Assembly: GCA_039591655.1 (NCBI GenBank) | Contig: JBDHDE010000023.1 | Span: 1 to 51,257 of the forward strand | Length of the DNA: 51,257 nucleotides | Direction of reading: 5' to 3' | From: Gemmatimonadota bacterium | GTDB lineage: Bacteria; Gemmatimonadota; Gemmatimonadetes; Gemmatimonadales; GWC2-71-9 | Shown here: positions 37,975-48,224 of the stretch, piece after piece | Numbering within the stretch: position 1 is the first letter of the stretch | Layout of the letters: the number at the start of each line of letters is the position of its first letter | Translations under genes and position numbers: made by a program | Notes under the pieces: model-generated | What the model was told of the DNA's origin: nothing | The model's input: the letters and a program-made list of their open reading frames with translations, nothing else | Database searches by the model: none

Positions 37975-38355
37975 CTAGCGCTGCAGCACGATGTAGGTTT
38001 GGTCCTCGCCGTTCTCGTAGCGGCTCGCGAAATCCGCCATCAGCATCACCCGCTGCCCGCCGAAACCGCTGGTGACCCGGGCCGGCTCGCAGGGCAACTC
38101 CGGATGCCGCACGCACACCACGTGATCTCCGTCGGATACCTTGAAGCCTGTCTGGGTCCGCGCGCCCAGCTTCTTGAGCGTGCCGACGACCTCGTCGTCG
38201 ATCACCACCTCGAGACCCTCGAACTCGGTCGGTGCGACGCCGAACTCGATGATGATGACCGAGGTGTCCTGTGTGCCCAACCCGCCCCACAGCCAGAGAG
38301 CGGCCACGGCGACCACGATGGGTAGGATCTTCCAAATGTTGAGGCGAAGGGCCAT
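37975..38355 (-). CDS. Membrane-anchored PEGA-like hypothetical protein
   Basis: N-terminal TM; GLEVVIDDEVVG...GDHVV beta pattern. Confidence 0.65.
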   Translation of the reverse strand: MALRLNIWKILPIVVAVAALWLWGGLGTQDTSVIIIEFGVAPTEFEGLEVVIDDEVVGTLKKLGARTQTGFKVSDGDHVVCVRHPELPCEPARVTSGFGGQRVMLMADFASRYENGEDQTYIVLQR

Positions 38356-38480
38356 GCTTGGCTCCCCGGACGTGTCGAGGGTGATCGAAGAAGCTGTACA
38401 CCAAACACCCGGGCCCTAAGATAGGCCTACCCCGCCGACCGGCCAAACAGAGCCAATCACCATGGAGGGGAGGTGCCGAC

Positions 38481-39113
38481 ATGGTTCCGCGGAAAGGGAT
38501 GCCCCGGAGGCTGGTGCTATTCTCACTGATGCCTGCGCTGGTCGTGGGATGCTCGCGCCCGCGCTTCGAGGGCCCGCAGATCCAGGACCCGCCCCCCAAC
38601 TTCCTGTACGACGCCAATGCCTATCAGGGCCGGAACGTCTTCCCCGAGCGAGAACAGCTACGGCAGAGCGCCTGGGCCAGGGGCTTCGGCGACGACACGC
38701 CCCACAGCTCGATCTACATGACCGCCTACTCGGGTTCCAGCTCCAGGGCCGAGGTGCAGGCGGCCCGGGATGCCCAGGAAGCCCGCTACGGCCGCTCCAT
38801 CCGGTATGGCGCGCTGGAAGACATCGTCATCGACGACCGGCCGGCCTGGGGCTGGCTCGAGACGCAGATCTACCAGGAGCGTGTGGCCAGTCTCGAGTAC
38901 AAGGCGGTGGTCTCCTACGACACCGTGAGCTACGCCGTCGAGTTCTGGTCCAACGATCCCGAGTTGATGGACCCCGCTACGCTGCGGGAGACTGTACAGA
39001 CCTTCGCGATTGGCAAGACCCGGGTGAGCGTTCCCGGGGTGCTCGTCGCGGTACTCCTGCTGGTGGCGGGAATACTTCTATGGCGCTGGCAGCGGCGCCT
39101 GGCGGCGGAGTAG
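38481..39113 (+). CDS. Hypothetical lipoprotein with C-terminal TM helix
   Basis: GGAGGT RBS; lipobox VVGC; hydrophobic tail followed by RWQRR. Confidence 0.75.
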   Translation: MVPRKGMPRRLVLFSLMPALVVGCSRPRFEGPQIQDPPPNFLYDANAYQGRNVFPEREQLRQSAWARGFGDDTPHSSIYMTAYSGSSSRAEVQAARDAQEARYGRSIRYGALEDIVIDDRPAWGWLETQIYQERVASLEYKAVVSYDTVSYAVEFWSNDPELMDPATLRETVQTFAIGKTRVSVPGVLVAVLLLVAGILLWRWQRRLAAE

Positions 39114-39189
39114 CGCCGGCTTCAGAGCGCTTCGTGGGCTCCCGGCAGGTCTGAACTGTCAGCGGGCGGGTGACGCCCACCGGCAACCG

Positions 39190-40086
39190 TCACCGATGTT
39201 GCCGCAACAGGAACGCGGCGATGGAGTCGTTGGCGGCGGGGAAGAAGGCCGTCGGCCAGATATGCCCGCCGCTCTCCATGGCGTACATCGCGACCTCGAA
39301 GCCCGTGTCACAGTTGCCGTACGTCTCCAGCCGCGTCCTGACTCCCCACACGTCGTCCACAGCGACCGTAGTGACGTCTGGTGCGAGATCACACCGGTTC
39401 TGGGTGGCCCAGTGGTCCATGGATTCGTTGACCGACAGCAACGCTAGGTCTCCTCCGGTCGTGTCTCCCTCGAAGGGCACGAGAGGGTCCACGGTGCCGT
39501 TGATCATCATGACCCCTATGCGTCTGCGGAGGAGCAGAGAGGAACAGTGCTCCGCCTGCCCGACCGGCAGGGTGGCCGCGACAACTGCGACGCCCGCCAA
39601 CCGATTCGTCAGTTCGCATGCGAGGGTCTGGCTCATGAACCCGCCGGCTGAAAAGCCCGTCGCGTACACTCGCTCCCGATCGATGGACAGGTAATCGTCC
39701 AGCCGCTCGATCAACTCTTCGATGAAGGCAAGGTCACTAACGCTGTCGGAGAAGCTCGCGTCCCACACCCAGCCTTCCAGCGCCTCGGGATACGCTGTGA
39801 TGAACCCGTGTTCGTCGGCGGTGGCATCCAACTGCGTGCTGGCGCGAATCGTGCCGGCTCTTCCGCCGCCGCCGTGCAACACGAGCAGCACCGGCCACTC
39901 TACACTGGGGGAGTAGCTGGTAGGTAGGTGCACCTCGTAGGTGCGGTCCATCCCGTCGACCTCGAGGATGGCCTCGAAGTCTTCCGTCCGCTCGAGGACC
40001 GGAGCGGAGGTCGAGCATGCCGCGCCTAGCAGAACGGCCAAGAGCGGCGTCCCGAGACGGGTCGCTCGACCACGCGCCCGGCTCAC
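39190..40086 (-). CDS. Alpha/beta hydrolase, LpqC/PHB-depolymerase-like esterase lipoprotein
   Basis: LHGGGG, YATGFSAG, GTVD and GGHIWP motifs; lipobox GAAC. Start uncertain. Confidence 0.88.
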   Translation of the reverse strand: MSRARGRATRLGTPLLAVLLGAACSTSAPVLERTEDFEAILEVDGMDRTYEVHLPTSYSPSVEWPVLLVLHGGGGRAGTIRASTQLDATADEHGFITAYPEALEGWVWDASFSDSVSDLAFIEELIERLDDYLSIDRERVYATGFSAGGFMSQTLACELTNRLAGVAVVAATLPVGQAEHCSSLLLRRRIGVMMINGTVDPLVPFEGDTTGGDLALLSVNESMDHWATQNRCDLAPDVTTVAVDDVWGVRTRLETYGNCDTGFEVAMYAMESGGHIWPTAFFPAANDSIAAFLLRQHR

Positions 40087-40213
40087 TCTTGCGCTGCGCT
40101 CAACCCGCGCGTCTCTTGTGACTGCAACTGGTGGGCGAGAGTCCGTGCCGCGGCGCGCCGGGCGGCGTGGCATGCTCATGTCGATCTGCAAAGCCCTCCC
40201 CGGGGAGCGAGAC

Positions 40214-41566
40214 ATGTCAGCAGGTAGGTCACCCGACAGCCGCAAAGGCCTGGGTCTCTGGATGGCGACGGCTCTGGTTGTTGGGAACATGATCGGTTCC
40301 GGAGTCTTCCTCCTCCCGGCCTCCCTCGCTCCTTACGGCGGCATCAGCATCGTGGGATGGCTCCTCACGACGGTGGGCGCGCTCCTTCTCGCGCTGACCT
40401 TCGCCCGGCTCAGCCGATTGATTCCAAAGTCGGGCGGGCCCTACGCTTATACGCGTTGGGGCTTCGGGGAGTTCCCCGGTTTCCTCGTTGCCTGGGGGTA
40501 CTGGATCTCCATCTGGGTCGCCAATGCAGCCATTGCGGTGGCCTTCGTGGGGTATCTGTCCGTGTTCTTCCCGACACTCAGAGGGAGTCCTGCCCTCGCC
40601 GCCCTCACGGCGCTGGCCGCGGTATGGCTGCTCACCGGCGTGAACGTACTCGGCGTGCGGCGAGCCGGCTCGGTCCAGGTGGCGACTACGGTGCTCAAGC
40701 TCCTCCCTCTGCTGGCCGTCGGCACGCTGGGACTCTTGTTCTTCGAGCCGGCGCACTTCGAGCCCTTCAACCTGAGCGGCGAGCCTGCGATGAAGGCCGT
40801 CACCGCCACGGTGGCGCTCACCCTGTGGTCGTTCCTGGGATTGGAGTCGGCTACGGTGCCCGCGGGGGACGTGGACCGCCCCGAGCGTACCATCCCCCGC
40901 GCGACGATGCTCGGCACGATCATCGCAGCAGTGGTCTACATTCTCGGGACCACGGCAGTCATGGGGATCGTGGCCCCCGCTGAACTGGCCACGTCCACTG
41001 CGCCGTTTGCCGACGCGGCGCTCCGCGTGTGGGGCTCCTGGGCGGCGTATGCCGTTGGTGCGGGGGCAGCCATCTCCTGCTTCGGAGCCCTGAATGGATG
41101 GATCCTGTTGCAGGGGCAGATCCCCATGGCGGCGGCCGACGATGGGCTCTTTCCCGGGAGCTTCGCCCGCCGCTCCCGGTTCGGCACGCCGGTCTTTGGG
41201 CTCGTGGTCTCGAGCGTGCTCATCACTGCACTCATGTTCATGAACTACACCCGGGGCCTGGTGGAGCAGTTCACGTTCATCATCCTGCTGGCCACGCTGG
41301 CCACTCTGGTGCCGTATGTGTTCTGCTCCATGGCCTACCTGCTGATGGTGCTGAGGGATCCCACCAAGGCCAGTGGCGGCGCCGTGGGGGCGTCCATTGC
41401 CGTGGCGGTGCTGGCGTTCCTGTTCTCGTTGTGGGCCATCGGCGGCTCAGGGCGGGAGACGGTCTACTGGGGCTTCTTGCTCCTCATGGCGGGCGTGCCG
41501 GTGTACGTGTGGCTCACGTGGCGGCGTGAGCGGCGGCCGGAAACCGCAGTCGGCCGAAAACCATGA
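40214..41566 (+). CDS. APC family amino acid permease (AdiC/PotE/CadB-like antiporter)
   Basis: GNMIGSGVFLLP, GGPYAY, WSFLGLES and PERTIPRAT motifs; about 12 TMs. Confidence 0.95.
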   Translation: MSAGRSPDSRKGLGLWMATALVVGNMIGSGVFLLPASLAPYGGISIVGWLLTTVGALLLALTFARLSRLIPKSGGPYAYTRWGFGEFPGFLVAWGYWISIWVANAAIAVAFVGYLSVFFPTLRGSPALAALTALAAVWLLTGVNVLGVRRAGSVQVATTVLKLLPLLAVGTLGLLFFEPAHFEPFNLSGEPAMKAVTATVALTLWSFLGLESATVPAGDVDRPERTIPRATMLGTIIAAVVYILGTTAVMGIVAPAELATSTAPFADAALRVWGSWAAYAVGAGAAISCFGALNGWILLQGQIPMAAADDGLFPGSFARRSRFGTPVFGLVVSSVLITALMFMNYTRGLVEQFTFIILLATLATLVPYVFCSMAYLLMVLRDPTKASGGAVGASIAVAVLAFLFSLWAIGGSGRETVYWGFLLLMAGVPVYVWLTWRRERRPETAVGRKP

Positions 41567-42441
41567 CGGTCAGCGCCCAATCCGAGGTCGGTGCGATCCG
41601 GCGGCTGGTGCTCAAGCACGCCCGGGACGCCTTCGTGAGCGACGAACTGATCGCGCAGCAATGGGAAGGTCTCGGGTACCGAGGACCTCCCGATGTGGCA
41701 CGGGCCGTCGAGGAGTACGATCGGCTCGTCGAGACCCTGAGCGAGCTCGGTGTCGAGCCGGAATTCCTGCCGCGGGACGACGCCGTGGGCCTCGACTCGA
41801 TCTACGTGCGCGACGCCTCGGTGGTGAGCGACAGAGGCGCCGTGCTCTGCAACATGGGAAAGGAGGCCCGCCGAGCCGAACCGGCGGCTCAGGGAGCAGC
41901 CTTCGAGGCGCTGGGTATCCCGGTGCTGGGCGCGATATCCGGTGACGGGACGCTGGAGGGCGGGGATGCGATCTGGCTCGATGAGCGCACCCTCGTGGTC
42001 GGTCGGGGCTACCGCACCAACGACGAGGGTATCGACCAGCTGGGGGCGCTGCTGGACGACGCGATCGACGAGCTCATCGTGGTGCCGCTGCCTCATTGGC
42101 ATGGGCCCGGGGACGTGTTTCATCTCATGTCCATCCTGAGCCCCATCGACCGGGATCTCCTCCTGGTGTACGCGCCGCTGCTGCCGGTACCGTTTCGCGA
42201 GGAGCTGGTGGCGCGTGGATTCGACCTCGTCGAGGTGCCGGACGATGAGTTCGCGAACATGGCGTGCAACGTCTTGGCCGTGGCGCCCCGGCGGTGCGTC
42301 ATGCTTCGGGGGAACCCCCGCACCCGCGCTCTGTTGGAGCGGGCCGGCGCGGAGGTGCGCGAGGTCGAGGGACGTGAGATCAGCTGGAAGGGCTCCGGCG
42401 GGCCCACCTGCCTCACCCGGCCCATAGAGCGGGAAGGTTAG
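41563..42441 (+). CDS. Amidinotransferase-fold enzyme (DDAH/arginine deiminase-like)
   Basis: SEVGAIR, DSIYVRD, LEGGD, RTN, FHL and GGPTCLT motifs; ATGA overlap with the permease. Confidence 0.9.
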   Translation: MTVSAQSEVGAIRRLVLKHARDAFVSDELIAQQWEGLGYRGPPDVARAVEEYDRLVETLSELGVEPEFLPRDDAVGLDSIYVRDASVVSDRGAVLCNMGKEARRAEPAAQGAAFEALGIPVLGAISGDGTLEGGDAIWLDERTLVVGRGYRTNDEGIDQLGALLDDAIDELIVVPLPHWHGPGDVFHLMSILSPIDRDLLLVYAPLLPVPFREELVARGFDLVEVPDDEFANMACNVLAVAPRRCVMLRGNPRTRALLERAGAEVREVEGREISWKGSGGPTCLTRPIEREG

Positions 42442-43391
42442 GGAGGGGGAGCGTAGCCGCTGCGCTCCAGGAATGCCGGATAGTCGATGACCGACATGAT
42501 CTCGCGGGTCGCCTCGTCTTTGTCAGCCGCGTTCTCGTAATACGCCTCGGTGATTCTCGCGCCCATGACATAGGCGATGTGGGGAGGCTGTGCCGGGTTG
42601 TTGGGCGTGGCCCACATCCAATCGCCCGTTTCGGACCCCAGCATCTCCTGCTGGAACTCCTCCCACAGCTCCCGCTCGTGTTCCCGGACGAACGCCTGGG
42701 CCTCGTCCTGCGTCATGTGGCCGGTGACGCGGTACGCGTAGTACTCGGCGATACCCTCACGGACAGTGAGGGCGAGCAGGCTCTTCTCGGGGCCGAAGAT
42801 GGCGCGGTACTTCTCGAGCCCGATCGCCTGTACCTGTTGCATGTGCACCATCTCGTGTATCAGCATGGTGACGAGACCGCCCCGTAGCGACTCCATGCTC
42901 TCCTTCTCGACGGTGATGAGCGGCCCCTCCTCGGATCCCGAGCCGATGCCGCGGTATGCGCCGACCAGAAAGTACGTTGGGGTGAACGCGGCATCCGGGA
43001 CCAGGCGCTTGAGTCCCGCATAGGCATCGCGGAACACATGCTCGTGGGCAGCCAGCACGGCGGCCTTCTCGCTGATTCCGGCGTACTCCGCGGGGTGCTG
43101 CCGGATTGCTGCGAGCAGCCGCTCGGGCGTGAGGTCGTAACGCCAGATGAAGGCCCCGAGCCCCGGGCTTCCCTTGTCGAAGTACTCCACCTGCAGGATC
43201 CCAACGGAATCACCCCCCGCGGCCAGCAGCTCGAACGCCCGCGCGAAGTTGTGGAGATCTTCGTAGACGAAGGGCGCGCGCTCGGCATCCGGGGTCAGGT
43301 TGTCGGTTAACGTCAGCTGCGCGGTGGCGCGGCTCGAGGGGAGCAGGGCAAGTAACCCTGCGGCGACCGAGCATACGGTGGCACGTATCAT
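42438..43391 (-). CDS. Exported Zn-dependent metallopeptidase (DUF2268-like)
   Basis: Signal peptide; HEMVH plus downstream EGIAEY; AYVMG. Confidence 0.8.
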   Translation of the reverse strand: MIRATVCSVAAGLLALLPSSRATAQLTLTDNLTPDAERAPFVYEDLHNFARAFELLAAGGDSVGILQVEYFDKGSPGLGAFIWRYDLTPERLLAAIRQHPAEYAGISEKAAVLAAHEHVFRDAYAGLKRLVPDAAFTPTYFLVGAYRGIGSGSEEGPLITVEKESMESLRGGLVTMLIHEMVHMQQVQAIGLEKYRAIFGPEKSLLALTVREGIAEYYAYRVTGHMTQDEAQAFVREHERELWEEFQQEMLGSETGDWMWATPNNPAQPPHIAYVMGARITEAYYENAADKDEATREIMSVIDYPAFLERSGYAPPP

Positions 43392-43490
43392 CCTTCCTCC
43401 TGAGCCTGGCAAGTGAAGAGCACTCGATACGGGGTTCGATACGTCCCGGCCGGCGAACGCTGCATGTGTCGAGGATGGAGTACGGGGAAG

Positions 43491-44390
43491 CTAGAGGCCC
43501 TCAGCCGCGCGCTTGTGCTCGCTATTGTGAGCCGCCGGCTGACCGTACTTGGGGAAATGCTTTGCCATGAGCCAGTCGCGCAACCTGACCGGCATCCTCT
43601 TGAAGACGTGAATGCTCTTCGCTTCCGCTCCCACCAGGTAGCGGAGTCTGGGCCTGCGGCTGAGCAGGGCATGCTCGACCGCCTTGGCAACGCGCTCCGC
43701 GGGAACACCGCGCCGTTCATGCCGCTCCGACAGGCCGAAGACCGGTCCATAGAGCTCGTACGCCTCGGGCGGATACGCCTCGCGGGTCTTCTTCATCGTC
43801 GCGATGACCTTCCCCCGGAGGGGAGTATCTACAATACCGGGCTCCACGAGCGAGACAGTGATTCCCCACGGCCTCAGCTCGACGCGCCACGAATCCGATA
43901 TGGCCTCCAGGGCGAACTTGCTTGCCGCATACGGTCCCAGGAACGGGATCGCGATCAGACCGCTGATCGAACTCATGTTGACTATCCGGCCTCTAGCGGT
44001 GCGGAGCAGCGGCAGGAAGGCCTGTGTCACGGCGATGGTGCCGAAGACGTTGATGTCGAACTCCTTGCGAATGTCCTCGATGGGCGAGAACTCGAGTGCA
44101 CCGCCAAAGAAGATGCCCGCGTTGTTCACTAACCCGGCCAGGCCCGCTCCGCCGACGGCGTCCGTAATGATCCGGCGTGCCGCTGCGATCGTGTCGGGGA
44201 TTGTGACGTCGAGCAGTACCGGTGTGAGACCGTCGGAGGCCTTCTGCCTCAACGACGCGCCGTCGGCCTCGTTCCGGACGCCGGCGAATACGCGGATGCC
44301 TTTCTGATCCAGGCGCAGCGCGCACGCCTCGCCGATGCCGGTCGAGGCGCCAGTGATCACCACGGCTTTCGCGGGATGGTTGTCGCTCAT
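43491..44390 (-). CDS. Short-chain dehydrogenase/reductase
   Basis: TGASTGIG, NNAG, YAASK and EPG motifs. Confidence 0.95.
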   Translation of the reverse strand: MSDNHPAKAVVITGASTGIGEACALRLDQKGIRVFAGVRNEADGASLRQKASDGLTPVLLDVTIPDTIAAARRIITDAVGGAGLAGLVNNAGIFFGGALEFSPIEDIRKEFDINVFGTIAVTQAFLPLLRTARGRIVNMSSISGLIAIPFLGPYAASKFALEAISDSWRVELRPWGITVSLVEPGIVDTPLRGKVIATMKKTREAYPPEAYELYGPVFGLSERHERRGVPAERVAKAVEHALLSRRPRLRYLVGAEAKSIHVFKRMPVRLRDWLMAKHFPKYGQPAAHNSEHKRAAEGL

Positions 44391-44689
44391 TTCAGGTCCC
44401 CAGTTGGGCAGGTCTAACGAGCTGACTCGGTTCAACACTGCCGGGTTGCACGCCTAAGGTCCGACGACGGATGCGAGAATCAAGTCAAGGCTCGTTCGGG
44501 ATTCACCGACTTCGAATATCCGCCGATCCGCTGTGGCATCAAAGCACGACTATTGCTCTCCCGTTCCTCAGGAACCGCAACTCTGGTGGGAATGTCGTGT
44601 GGGTGTAGGGTAGGAGAGGCAGAGTGGCGAAGCCACCTGAAGGGCCGGCGTCGTCCCGTGAGCGCAAGATCTTCTCGATGGAGAGCGGA

Positions 44690-45700
44690 ATGAACCACTC
44701 GACTGGTAACGGTCGTAGAGCACTGCTGCTCACACTCGCCGTGGCAATTACGGCCTGGGGAGTGCTTGGCTTCTTCGATCGGCAACAGCGCGGTCGGGCT
44801 GAATTCGTCTACGATACCGAGTACATCGTGATGGTCATGCCCGATGGGCCGGCGGCTGCGGCCGGGATGCAGGACGGGGATCGGTTGGTCAGCGTGGAGG
44901 GGATCCCCGTCGAGGATCTTCCCCTCTACTCCCGCTGGCCCCGCTCGTTGAGTGCGCGGGTCGGGGAGTCACGCCGGTTCGTCGTGGAGCGGGACGGCGA
45001 GCAGCTGACCATCGACGTTGCGTACAGTGCCACGCCCCGCGGCGTGCGGCATCTGCAGCTCGGAGGGGCGCTGATCGGACTGTCGTTTCTGTGGTTGGGG
45101 ATCTGGGCGCTGCTCGCTGTCGGTACGCGTCCCGCCGTGACCCTGGCGTACATCGGTGTGGCTGCAGGCGTGGCGGCGTTCGGCCATGGGCCGTACCTCG
45201 GCACCTGGGATGGGGTGGCGACTCACATCACCACTGCGGCCCTGGTCCTCTGGATCGTCCTGCTGCTACGCTTCTTTCTCACCTTCCCGCGACGCACCCG
45301 CGCGGGCGAGAGCCGGCTTGCCACTCGGATCATCTATGGAGCGTGGGTGCTGGTGCTGCCCCTGTTTGTCCTGGAACTGATCTTCCATCCCGTCCTGTAT
45401 CACACGTTTGGACCGTTAATAGGCCTCCTGACGCTGGTCTACTGCATCCTAACGTTGGCGGCGGTAACGTCAGCCCTTGCGAAGACGCCGCGGCGCGAGC
45501 TGTGGGAATCCGGGATGGGGTGGATCCTCGCCGGGCTCGTGTTGGCCGTAGTGCCGACGCTGGTGGGGCTCGTCGACTGGGCGCTCCTCTTGGAGTTCCA
45601 CATTCCGGGTTCGAGCTACTACCCACTGCTACTTGCAGTCGTCCCGCTCACGATGGCGCTGGCGGTGAGGCAACAGGCGCAGGCCGGCGCAGATTCGTGA
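44690..45700 (+). CDS. Membrane protein with extracytoplasmic PDZ domain and ~7 TM helices
   Basis: GPAAAAGMQDGDRLVSVEG...VVERDGE PDZ signature; TM bundle; no cytoplasmic output domain. Confidence 0.85.
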   Translation: MNHSTGNGRRALLLTLAVAITAWGVLGFFDRQQRGRAEFVYDTEYIVMVMPDGPAAAAGMQDGDRLVSVEGIPVEDLPLYSRWPRSLSARVGESRRFVVERDGEQLTIDVAYSATPRGVRHLQLGGALIGLSFLWLGIWALLAVGTRPAVTLAYIGVAAGVAAFGHGPYLGTWDGVATHITTAALVLWIVLLLRFFLTFPRRTRAGESRLATRIIYGAWVLVLPLFVLELIFHPVLYHTFGPLIGLLTLVYCILTLAAVTSALAKTPRRELWESGMGWILAGLVLAVVPTLVGLVDWALLLEFHIPGSSYYPLLLAVVPLTMALAVRQQAQAGADS

Positions 45701-45740
45701 AATGAAGGACGAGCAGAACCCGAGGCTTAGGCCCGCGTGC

Positions 45741-46253
45741 TCACTGCGAAGGCCCCGTGGTCCGTTCGAGCGTCACCTGGAAGTCGTCGAATGTGACCTC
45801 GGCCGACAAGGTGTCCCAGACATTGCGGCGAACCGACCCGTTGAGGAGGGCCAACAGCCGGTCGTTCTCCCAGATCCCGCTGAACGCGAGCGTGGCCAGC
45901 GTGTCGAAGGCGAGAGTAAGCGCGAAGCCACTGGCGGTACGACTCCCGCTCAACGCGATGGACGTGCCGACATTCGAGAAGTCGATGCTGAGATCCCCGC
46001 CGCCTGAGAGGGCCCCCGTGTAGAGCGGGGACTTCTCGTCCACGATGCTCATGTGGAGCGACATGGTATCCCTCCCCCCAGGGGTATTCTTCCCAAAGAC
46101 CGCCTCCCACTGTCCGTCCAACGTTCCACACGTGTCGTGCGCCGAGCAGATGGCCGACGGCGTCGGCCCGTCGAACGCGAGACCCGTTGGCCCGTCTCCC
46201 CCGTCGGAGCACGCGAATGCGCAGAGTACGAGAAGAACCAGTTTGCGGGGCAT
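45741..46253 (-). CDS. Hypothetical lipoprotein
   Basis: Lipobox AFAC followed by SDGGDGPTG linker; GGAGG RBS. Confidence 0.75.
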   Translation of the reverse strand: MPRKLVLLVLCAFACSDGGDGPTGLAFDGPTPSAICSAHDTCGTLDGQWEAVFGKNTPGGRDTMSLHMSIVDEKSPLYTGALSGGGDLSIDFSNVGTSIALSGSRTASGFALTLAFDTLATLAFSGIWENDRLLALLNGSVRRNVWDTLSAEVTFDDFQVTLERTTGPSQ

Positions 46254-46507
46254 GATGAGACCTCCCTTCGCTGGCGGAGCACGTACAAGGCCCGGACCGG
46301 TAAGACGCCGGTCCCAGATTCCACCCCGCATCCCGTGTATCGACTCGAATCGGCTGCGCCGAAAGCCGGCAGGAGAGCTCGACCCAGAAGGGGTCGGGTC
46401 TCACATAAAGGGAATCCCGCACGGTTCTGTCAACCATGAAACGGGATCGTACGTATCGGGTTTGAAGCTCGTACAGACTGTCTCGGGGCTCTTGCCTCTG
46501 TGGCCGC

Positions 46508-47470
46508 TCAGTTCTCCCGCGCCGAGTCCCTGAGGTCCAGCAACTCGCTGGGGTAGGGCTCGAAGTAGGCCTGCTCGGCCAGGTAGGGCTGCTCGAACCG
46601 CGCGATCCACGACTGCAACACGGTGAGCGGCGCGCTCAAGCTCATCCGCCTCGCCCGATACTCCTCCAGCAAAGTGAGAAAATGCCGCTTCTCCCGCGCC
46701 GTGAGGCCTTTGGAGAAGTACCCCAAGGCGTGCTGCAGCACGTTGATGTTGGAGGTGCTGCGGGGTGGGCGCTCGAGGGCGTTCGAGAGGTGCTCCTCGT
46801 AATCGGCGATGACGCTCTCGGGGCGCCGGCGCTCGGGATTGGCAACGATCCTGCCCAGCACGCGGAGCTCGCTCTGATGATAGGCCATCAAGAGGAGCTT
46901 GCGCTCAGTGTGAAATCGAACGAGATCCGCCATTGTGCCGGACGCCTTCACGGATCGGAACTCGGCACGGGTGAAGAGCTTGGTCAGGAAGTGGTGACGC
47001 AGCCGGAAGTTCGTGAGCCGTCCCTCGTCCTCCACCGCCGCATGGGGAAAACGCTCCAGCACGGCGCCTCCGAACATCCCCGGCCCCTTGTCCGACGGTT
47101 GCTTGCCCTCCTCGCCTGCGTAGATCTTCGTGTCCTTGATGCCGCAGGAAGGCGACCGGCTCTTGAGGATGAAGCCGTCCACCTCGCGCAAGCCGGACAG
47201 ATAGCTCTCGGTGAACGATTGCATCGCATCGGTGACGCCCCGGCCGGTGGTGGGCTGGACGAGGTGCAACCTTCGGTCGATCTGAACCAGGCGGATCGGG
47301 TCCCGGGGAACTCCCAGGCCGATCTCCACCTCCGGACAGATGGGATCGAGGTCCACATGTGGCAGGAGCATGTTCACGAACGGCGCGCGGATAATCTGGC
47401 CGTTGTAGCGGCAGGCCTCGAGCTCGAGGCACTTGCTCATTACGATCGTGGGGCGGGGATGTAGCCGCAT
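46508..47470 (-). CDS. DUF523 + DUF1722 protein (YbgA-like; TudS-related Fe-S domain)
   Basis: SKCL, RYNG, CPEV, LGVPR, KSRSPSCG, EDEGRL and NVLQHALGY motifs. Confidence 0.92.
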   Translation of the reverse strand: MRLHPRPTIVMSKCLELEACRYNGQIIRAPFVNMLLPHVDLDPICPEVEIGLGVPRDPIRLVQIDRRLHLVQPTTGRGVTDAMQSFTESYLSGLREVDGFILKSRSPSCGIKDTKIYAGEEGKQPSDKGPGMFGGAVLERFPHAAVEDEGRLTNFRLRHHFLTKLFTRAEFRSVKASGTMADLVRFHTERKLLLMAYHQSELRVLGRIVANPERRRPESVIADYEEHLSNALERPPRSTSNINVLQHALGYFSKGLTAREKRHFLTLLEEYRARRMSLSAPLTVLQSWIARFEQPYLAEQAYFEPYPSELLDLRDSAREN

Positions 47471-47486
47471 CGTCGGGATCGCTCGC

Positions 47487-48224
47487 TCAGAACCGAAGGG
47501 TCACACCCAAGGTCGCGTAGTGCACGAGAGCGAAGTTGTACACCTGGTCCACGTCGGCGCCACCCTCCAGCAGCCGGTAACCCACGCGCAAAGCCACGGC
47601 GTCGGATGGGGCGTGCTCAACTGCCAGGAGCACGTCCTCCGCGCGACCCTGCGGTGCCCAGGCCCCGTCGACATTGAGCAGCAGCGACGTGCACCCCGCA
47701 AACCGCCATGCGAACTCCAGGTTGAGGAGAGGCACTACCCCGAGATCCGTGCTATCGGCCGAATCGGCCTCGCTCGCCAGCGCTACTCTGGCGTCCCTGA
47801 TCTTCACGGTGCCACCGAAGCCGAACCTGATGCGGGATGAGCGTATAGGAGTGAAGCGGTAGGTGATCCGGTAGGAGTTGAACTTGTAGGTGCCCTCGAC
47901 CGGAGCATCGGCCGGAAACGTCACGTCCTCGAAGGTGACGGGACGGTCGAAGGTCCCGGCGGCGCTGAAGCTCAGGGGAGCGATGAGGGCCGAGAGGTGG
48001 TGCCGCGGAGTGATGTCCCAGCCGAAGCGGAGACGCAACGATGGGGCCGGATCGGCGTCCAGATCGTCCACGAAGGAGAAGTCGGTTCCACCGTCGTTGG
48101 GGATGCGTACGTCGTTGCGTCCCAGCAGCGCCACGCCCCCCTCCACGTCTACGAAGAGCTGGGCGGTGGCAGCAGCGGGCGTAGCCGCGGCGCACACCCC
48201 GAGGAGTGCGAGGAGCCTCCGCAT
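47487..48224 (-). CDS. Outer membrane beta-barrel protein
   Basis: Signal peptide from ATG 48224 (TGATG overlap with the upstream gene); C-terminal TLGVTLRF. Confidence 0.8.
   Translation of the reverse strand: MRRLLALLGVCAAATPAAATAQLFVDVEGGVALLGRNDVRIPNDGGTDFSFVDDLDADPAPSLRLRFGWDITPRHHLSALIAPLSFSAAGTFDRPVTFEDVTFPADAPVEGTYKFNSYRITYRFTPIRSSRIRFGFGGTVKIRDARVALASEADSADSTDLGVVPLLNLEFAWRFAGCTSLLLNVDGAWAPQGRAEDVLLAVEHAPSDAVALRVGYRLLEGGADVDQVYNFALVHYATLGVTLRF

Noticed and set aside
39941..40290. Apparent head-to-head overlap of the esterase and the permease
   Set aside because: It disappears when the RBS/lipobox-supported starts (40086 and 40214) are used.
44479..44490. TCAAGTCAAG resembling the cluster box
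   Set aside because: The period is 5 bp rather than 11 bp, so it is not the same element.
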